Below, piece after piece: positions 22,796-27,501 of a DNA stretch of 27,501 nucleotides (its first letter is position 1; each line of letters opens with the position of its first letter). A model generated the notes under the pieces. It was given only the letters and a program-made list of their open reading frames with translations, ran no database searches and had not been told where the DNA came from. The translations under genes were made by a program, and so were the position numbers. The DNA lies in IMG/VR virus record IMGVR_UViG_3300031867_000457, positions 1 to 27,501 of that record; one strand, 5' to 3'. This stretch comes from a virus.

Positions 22796-23350
22796 TTAAA
22801 TTGTTTCACCGTTAACTTTATGTAATATTTCTTGCAACAGTAGTGCTAATTGTGCATCCTGTGCTTTGTATTTATTTATTTCTTCTATTAGTTGTTTAAT
22901 CAACTTATCTTTATCATCTTCATAATCATAAGAATCCATTTCACACAATCCTATCGGACTATCAACAGTTATTTCAACTTCTGCATAAACGCCTGCAAGA
23001 TAATCCATGAATTTCTGTTCAAATGGTGTGTAGATTACGTTTTCAGGAATATCTGCTTCCCCTGTTTGATTAAGAATGTTGATTACCGACTGAATAACAT
23101 TAACACCATCTGTATAGATAGAGTTGTTATTTCTTTTATCCTGCAATAGTCTATCACCATAATACAGAATGAATGAATAAGTGGCAAAGTTACCGTTATA
23201 GGTAATGTTTTGTAATCCGATATTGAAACTGCCATAATTTGTTTCTGCTTTGTTCCAATTCTCATAAACATCACCATTATATACACTCATTACAGGCTGT
23301 TGTGAAAGTGCTATTTCAGATATTTTATTTATCAATTCATTTACATTCAT
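22796..23350 (-). CDS. virion neck/tail-proximal protein, unassigned (184 aa)
   Basis: Track ORF with ATG start. Lies between a connector-like gene and the fibre gene. AAGGAG lies 8 nt upstream of the ATG, one of the few SD-like sites here. Confidence 0.4.
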   Translation of the reverse strand: MNVNELINKISEIALSQQPVMSVYNGDVYENWNKAETNYGSFNIGLQNITYNGNFATYSFILYYGDRLLQDKRNNNSIYTDGVNVIQSVINILNQTGEADIPENVIYTPFEQKFMDYLAGVYAEVEITVDSPIGLCEMDSYDYEDDKDKLIKQLIEEINKYKAQDAQLALLLQEILHKVNGETI

Positions 23351-23362
23351 AATCGTATCTCC

Positions 23363-23875
23363 TTATCCCAAATATATTCCTGTTTTATAAGCGTCTTTAT
23401 TTGAAGGCATATCTGCACATGAATTTATCTTGCAATACTCAGGATATTTGTTTCTGTTTGCACTAAGAAAATCGGATAGTCTGTTACCATAGAAATTTGC
23501 CTTATTTTCATAGTTTTGTACAACATATTGCAAATCCTTCATTGATGGTGTATAAGTGTTTTCTCCTGTTTGCTGTACCACACCTTGATTTCTTAACTTG
23601 AAAGATAGCGGTATTTGTATATCGGCTGTTACTTTGTTTAGCAGGTATGGTGTTACATATTCATCCAATAAAAGTTTATAATCAGGTGCATCAACAATAC
23701 TTCCATCAGCAACCAAATCCATCAGTTTATTATATAGAACCGTACCTAAAAGGGGTTGAAGTCCTGCATCCTGTGCAAATTCAATAGCAGGTAATATATA
23801 CATGCCATCAACATTGTTATTGATTACACTATTTTCTTTAAGTGTTTTCTCTGATATTAAAAAACATTTAGCCAT
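23363..23875 (-). CDS. putative head-tail connector/adaptor protein (170 aa)
   Basis: Immediately downstream of the portal gene. The N-terminal ISEKTLKENSVI...ILPAIEFAQDAGLQPLLGTVLY resembles the opening of gp6-like head-tail connector proteins. Weak. Confidence 0.35.
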   Translation of the reverse strand: MAKCFLISEKTLKENSVINNNVDGMYILPAIEFAQDAGLQPLLGTVLYNKLMDLVADGSIVDAPDYKLLLDEYVTPYLLNKVTADIQIPLSFKLRNQGVVQQTGENTYTPSMKDLQYVVQNYENKANFYGNRLSDFLSANRNKYPEYCKINSCADMPSNKDAYKTGIYLG

Positions 23876-23878
23876 ATC

Positions 23879-24961
23879 TTATTCCCCTTCTTCTATTTTG
23901 AACGGTACGAATCCAATACTGTTATCAAGATTGAAAATCTTATCAAACGTTCTTGTTAAATCGTCTTGTATTGGTTTAACCGTTGTTTTATTGTATAATT
24001 TAAATGCTTCGTCAAATTCTTGTTTGTTAAATCCTGTACCCTCTAATGAATAACCAAACAACTGTGGAATAGCACGGAAAGCAACAAATATTTCTTTATA
24101 GGTATCGGTTCTTAAACTTTCATATTTTTTATCAAAGTTATCATCTTGGATTCTTTCAACTGTTACCCCATTATCCTTGCTATCGTTGAACGCCACCAAA
24201 AATTTACCTGCATTGTCTGCACCGCTGAATTTATCTTTAACTTTCTTTTCAATTTCCGCCTGTACATCTTCTGTTGGTTGTCCGTTGTTGAAGTTAATAA
24301 TAAAGTTACCACTAAAGTTGTTAAGTATGCTGTTCAAATGGAACTTACTTATTTCTGTACTTGTTTCAATTGCTGATAGTGCACCATTGTAACGTGGTAT
24401 CGGATAAACACCTCTTGAAATATGTCCTTTAAAATAGAAAACTGATGTTCCTTGTTTCTTTTCCGAATTAAATATATCGTAGGTAAGATAATCGTTTGCA
24501 TGCTTTACCCAATCTTCAGAATAATAGATTTTATCCCCTTCTTTGCTTCTACGTACATTACGGAAATCCAACCAATAAATTTCATTGATTTCACCCATTT
24601 TATTGTTGATAATCTGTAGTGCAAATCCACCAAATACAAGATAATCAACAATGATTTTCTTTATAACATCTTCAAGTGTTTCACCATCATTATTTGCTTT
24701 ATCCTTTAGTTTTTGTACCGTTGGATTTTCATTATAAATTATACCATTACCACCCGCATAATCTGCTGTGCCATTTATGATTGATTGTAATATTGCACTT
24801 CTAAGGTATAATTCCCACAGGTAGTTTGGAAATTTATTGTCATTACCATAGTTAAGATATGGTTTTCCGTAATTTTCTTTTTCAACAAATGTGGGTATCA
24901 CCTTAACAGCCGAATCATAAATGCTAAAATTCATTCTATCAATCTGTTTATTTTTAGCCAT
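23879..24961 (-). CDS. portal protein (360 aa)
   Basis: YGNDNKFPNYLWELYLRSAILQSIINGTADYAGGNG near the N-terminus. KFSGADNAGKFLVAFNDSKDNGVTVERIQDDNFDKKYESLRTDTYKEIFVAFRAIPQLFG matches the portal hallmark f.G..NaGk..v......v..i....d..y..l.......i...f..P..l.g. Confidence 0.65.
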   Translation of the reverse strand: MAKNKQIDRMNFSIYDSAVKVIPTFVEKENYGKPYLNYGNDNKFPNYLWELYLRSAILQSIINGTADYAGGNGIIYNENPTVQKLKDKANNDGETLEDVIKKIIVDYLVFGGFALQIINNKMGEINEIYWLDFRNVRRSKEGDKIYYSEDWVKHANDYLTYDIFNSEKKQGTSVFYFKGHISRGVYPIPRYNGALSAIETSTEISKFHLNSILNNFSGNFIINFNNGQPTEDVQAEIEKKVKDKFSGADNAGKFLVAFNDSKDNGVTVERIQDDNFDKKYESLRTDTYKEIFVAFRAIPQLFGYSLEGTGFNKQEFDEAFKLYNKTTVKPIQDDLTRTFDKIFNLDNSIGFVPFKIEEGE

Positions 24962-25202
24962 TGTATTGAATTTTTTGTTTGTTAAAAGTGTTATTTACTA
25001 TTACCTTTCTATCAAAATTACCGAACATCAGTAAACCTGTTTCTATAATTTCAGAATCACTATACAATTTATAAGTATATTCTCCTACGTTTAGTTTATC
25101 AAGGCTACCTAATGTGAATTTATAATAAAGGTTATTGGTAGAAATATTACCACCATCTTCAACCAAAACAACATCTTCTGATAAATGTGAAGATAAAAGC
25201 AA
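24954..25202 (-). CDS. small beta-rich hypothetical protein (82 aa, TTG start)
   Basis: Track ORF. Its first codon is TTG and there is no upstream in-frame ATG (TGA at 25215-25217). 8-nt overlap with the portal start. GEYTYKLYSDSEIIETGLLMFGN looks Ig/beta-sandwich-like. Confidence 0.3.
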   Translation of the reverse strand: MLLSSHLSEDVVLVEDGGNISTNNLYYKFTLGSLDKLNVGEYTYKLYSDSEIIETGLLMFGNFDRKVIVNNTFNKQKIQYNG

Positions 25203-25312
25203 AGTATAACTTCCATCACCTTTAAATTTATGTCTTGGTATCGTTATTGTACCGCTTGTTTCGTTTATATAAATAATATTGTTGTTTTGTTGTTTAGTAT
25301 TGTTAATAAAGT

Positions 25313-25350
25313 AAGGGGAAAATAAGCATGAAGTTACTTACTTTCCCCTT
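25313..25350 (-). terminator. hairpin downstream of the 181-aa gene
   Basis: AAGGGGAAA (25313-25321) pairs with TTTCCCCTT (25342-25350): a 9-bp perfect stem with a 20-nt loop, 18 nt after the stop codon. Confidence 0.4.
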
Positions 25351-25367
25351 TTATCATCACTCAGTTT

Positions 25368-25913
25368 TTAAGCAACTTCATCCAAAATTGAAGGTATTAC
25401 CGTTGCATCAACCTCATAAGGAAGTTCAGCAGATGTATCAGATAATGTAAGTTCGTAATGATTTGCATCACTTGCAGCCGTTCCTGTAGTAGCAGAACCT
25501 GCGCTGCACTCAACGTAATTATCTTTACCAAGATACCAATATTTATCATTAGCATCCTTTACGATTACTACACATGCTGACATCATAAGTGCCATAATTT
25601 CTATACGCTTTGCAGTCTCCATTTTCATGAATTGCAGCGTTACTTCATTTGTAAAATAAGAAGTAGAAGTTTCACTTGTATTTAGTGTACTTGTCAAGCC
25701 ACCTGTTGACTTCAGTAATTTATATTGTTTAAACTTCTTTCCTGTTTGCATAGCAGGTGTAAGAAGGTGTGTTTCTGAATCAACAGTAGTGCCTGATACA
25801 TCATCATACAAAGCAATCAATACTTCTTTAATACCACCGAAAGATGCTTCTTTACACATTACATTCATTCCTTCGAGGGTATAAGATAAACTATTACATG
25901 TATTTACTGCCAT
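25368..25913 (-). CDS. putative major tail (tube) protein (181 aa)
   Basis: Track ORF with ATG start. FGGIKEVLIALYDDV ... VVIVKDANDKYWYLGKDNYVECSAGSATTGTAASDANHYELTLSD fits the tube-protein pattern viv.d.nG.yw.lG......g..tg.a..d.N.y.l.l as I remember it. Bracketed by hairpins, as expected for an abundant product. Confidence 0.4.
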   Translation of the reverse strand: MAVNTCNSLSYTLEGMNVMCKEASFGGIKEVLIALYDDVSGTTVDSETHLLTPAMQTGKKFKQYKLLKSTGGLTSTLNTSETSTSYFTNEVTLQFMKMETAKRIEIMALMMSACVVIVKDANDKYWYLGKDNYVECSAGSATTGTAASDANHYELTLSDTSAELPYEVDATVIPSILDEVA

Positions 25914-25939
25914 AATATTTTAATGTTTTTTTAGTTTAT

Positions 25940-25961
25940 GGGGATAGCCTTAACTACCCCC
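25940..25961 (-). terminator. hairpin downstream of the major capsid gene
   Basis: Minus strand reads GGGGGTAG-ttaagg-CTAtCCCC: 7 bp with one bulge, 28 nt after the capsid stop. No U-tract, which is common in Bacteroidota. Confidence 0.4.
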
Positions 25962-25988
25962 ATTTATTATTTGTTACTGCTGATTAGA

Positions 25989-26879
25989 TTATTGCCATCT
26001 TGCATCTACAATCTCATCAGGGAATGCAACCTGTACACCTGCATTGAAGTTGATAGCAAGGCGGAACTCTTGATTATCTTGGCTGTACCATAAATCAAAT
26101 TTTTCCTCATCACCTTCCATATCAACACCATAATAGATGTTTTCAGGATTACCTGCAACAATAGCCTTTTGTCCGTTCAAACCTGCAACACCATAAACCT
26201 TAGTTGAAGTACCAGGAAGTACGATTTCCATAGAACCATCTACTTCAGGTGAATAGTGATAAAGATTCTTAGCGGTTAATTCAAGCACTAAGTCACGGAA
26301 ATTATCTACACCCATAAAGATTGCAGCCTTATCAAGAATCTTAGCAGGAATTGCTTGATATGCCTTTACGGTTTTCTCATAGATAGTATCACCTGATGCT
26401 AAGGTAGGTTGGATTGTAGAAGCAGAAGCAGCAGAAAGAATAGTTAAAATACCATCCATCTTGTCAGTTGCTTTCACACCTTTCCAAATCAAACCTTCAA
26501 GTTTATCTTTAACACCATCTATAATTCCGTTTACAAAATCTTCCTCAAAAGGAAGTGATTTTTGTCCTGCGGCTACTCTTACATCATAGCCATTCCAATA
26601 CTTCAACATTGCTTTGTCACAGAATGACATGTTTACTTTGAAGTTACCTACTTCAAGAACTCTCTGTGAAAATTCAGAAGTTCCTGCTTCATTCCAACCA
26701 CAGGTAGCACCATCACCAAAGGCTACAGTAGTGTTCAGAATATTTAATGCTGCTGCATGCTTAATACCTGTTTGAAGGTTAAAATGTTTTACTGAGGGTG
26801 CAGCGAAAATAGTTTTACGAATCAAAGGAAGTCTTTGTTCATCTACATAGGCTGTTAAGCCACTTACGTTAATTGCCAT
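25989..26879 (-). CDS. major capsid protein (296 aa)
   Basis: Follows the acidic scaffold gene. ACTATG start. The size and sequence style (MAINVSGLTAYVDEQRLPLIRK ... FNAGVQVAFPDEIV) fit small HK97-fold capsid proteins. Higher GC and codon quality than neighbours. Confidence 0.7.
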   Translation of the reverse strand: MAINVSGLTAYVDEQRLPLIRKTIFAAPSVKHFNLQTGIKHAAALNILNTTVAFGDGATCGWNEAGTSEFSQRVLEVGNFKVNMSFCDKAMLKYWNGYDVRVAAGQKSLPFEEDFVNGIIDGVKDKLEGLIWKGVKATDKMDGILTILSAASASTIQPTLASGDTIYEKTVKAYQAIPAKILDKAAIFMGVDNFRDLVLELTAKNLYHYSPEVDGSMEIVLPGTSTKVYGVAGLNGQKAIVAGNPENIYYGVDMEGDEEKFDLWYSQDNQEFRLAINFNAGVQVAFPDEIVDARWQ

Positions 26880-26910
26880 AGTTAAATAATTTTTTTAGGT
26901 TAATTTGTTA

Positions 26911-27417
26911 TTAGTTAAAATATTTCAATGCACCGCTTTTTTCTTCTTTCTTAACCTTATCTTTTGCAGGTTTGTCAGCGGACATTTCTAATTGTGCCTG
27001 TTTTTCTGCCAACAGGGCTTCAAGTTCTGCAATTCTTGCATCTCTTTCTGCTATAACAGCATTAAGTTCATCAAGTTGTGCTTGCATTTCTGCAATTTTT
27101 GCATCCCTTTCATCAGGTTCGGGTTCTTTAGTCTGTTCAGGTTCTGCCATTTGTTCAGGTTCTTGTGCAGGTTCTTCAGGTTCTTGTTCTGCTTCCTTTT
27201 CACGGATTTCAACAACTTTACCCTCCGCTACTACAATAACCTTATCTTCAGCAACATATTCACCATCTTCAGCAGGTACATAACCTTCTTCCTTTTCAAC
27301 AAATACTTCAACACCTTCAGCCAACTCAGATTCTATAATCAATTTGGCTTTATCGGTTTCAATCTCGGCTAATTGAAGCATTGCTTTCCATAGTTTAATC
27401 ACGTTGTTTAGATTCAT
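26911..27417 (-). CDS. head scaffolding protein (168 aa)
   Basis: Extremely E/A/K/Q-rich helical sequence (EKEAEQEPEEPAQEPEQMAEPEQTKEPEPDERDAKIAEMQAQLDELNAVIAERDARIAELEALLAEKQAQLE). Directly upstream of the capsid gene. Confidence 0.65.
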   Translation of the reverse strand: MNLNNVIKLWKAMLQLAEIETDKAKLIIESELAEGVEVFVEKEEGYVPAEDGEYVAEDKVIVVAEGKVVEIREKEAEQEPEEPAQEPEQMAEPEQTKEPEPDERDAKIAEMQAQLDELNAVIAERDARIAELEALLAEKQAQLEMSADKPAKDKVKKEEKSGALKYFN

Positions 27418-27419
27418 AG

Positions 27420-27501
27420 TTAGTTTAGTTGTTTTTCAAGCCATTCATCAAAGGTTTCTACCTTGGGTTGTTCTTGTTTTTCAAATTGTTCTTCTAACTT
27501 A
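27420..27501 (-). CDS. 3' end of an upstream gene (last 27 codons; the rest lies beyond the right window edge)
   Basis: Not in track. The frame reads ...KLEEQFEKQEQPKVETFDEWLEKQLN then TAA at 27420-27422, 2 nt before the scaffold ATG. Confidence 0.4.
   Translation of the reverse strand, partial: KLEEQFEKQEQPKVETFDEWLEKQLN

Noticed and set aside
25203-25312. Possible upstream extension or frameshift of the 82-aa ORF; another frame reads ..TSGTITIPRHKFKGDGSYT and would join smoothly to LLLSSHLSEDV
   Set aside because: That frame has no start codon after its TAA. The in-frame TGA at 25215-25217 blocks the 82-aa frame. No slippery heptamer lies between them. It may be a decayed gene or an indel, but nothing in the sequence supports recoding.
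1-27501. The window as an exactly circular genome cut inside the XkdF-like gene, joining base 1 to base 27501
   Set aside because: Reading through the junction puts the left-edge ORF into ATA AGT TAG, a stop after two codons. It is also out of frame with the right-edge ORF. The two partial ORFs are therefore not directly contiguous.

Overview
AT-rich 27.5-kb window that reads as most of one small tailed-phage or prophage genome. The host is probably Bacteroidota: there are canonical TTTG-N20-TAnnTTTG promoters and almost no Shine-Dalgarno sequences. About 45 tightly packed ORFs are present and all but one lie on the minus strand. All family names are from reading the translations by eye; no database search was run.

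Gene order along the transcribed (minus) strand, right to left:
- Partial upstream gene, acidic scaffold protein, major capsid, tube-like protein, portal, and two connector-position proteins.
- A 1185-aa fibre built from 14-residue H-x-E-G repeats.
- A lysis cassette: holin-like, lipoprotein+TM u-spanin-like, and a His...Gly-Cys protein.
- A ~3.5-kb accessory/control island (about 13.55-17.1 kb).
- Early and replication genes (DxD primase-like, PD-(D/E)xK-like).
- A sigma-like factor split over two overlapping ORFs plus a Cys-rich membrane protein.
- terS/terL.
- A tail module ending in a tape-measure-like gene and a truncated XkdF-like gene.

The island contains an IS1595-family insertion (15390-16772) with hand-aligned 36-bp terminal inverted repeats and its own host-type promoter. 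It also holds the only plus-strand gene, several mini-ORFs for hydrophobic peptides, operator-like repeats and a G5-tract cluster.

Observations most worth follow-up:
1. A textbook -1 frameshift signal (U9 run, 8-nt spacer, 9-bp hairpin) in the 205-aa gene after terL. The -1 frame stays open for 95 codons and exactly fills an otherwise unexplained 140-nt gap.
2. A 40-bp bipartite motif, GTGTTTGA-N16-AATATATG(TATGTA), present five times. Two copies embed gene start codons, and one copy is inverted so that a 37/40 inverted pair brackets the island.
3. The two-ORF sigma-like factor, a plausible reader of that motif.
4. The modular, internally triplicated H-x-E-G fibre.
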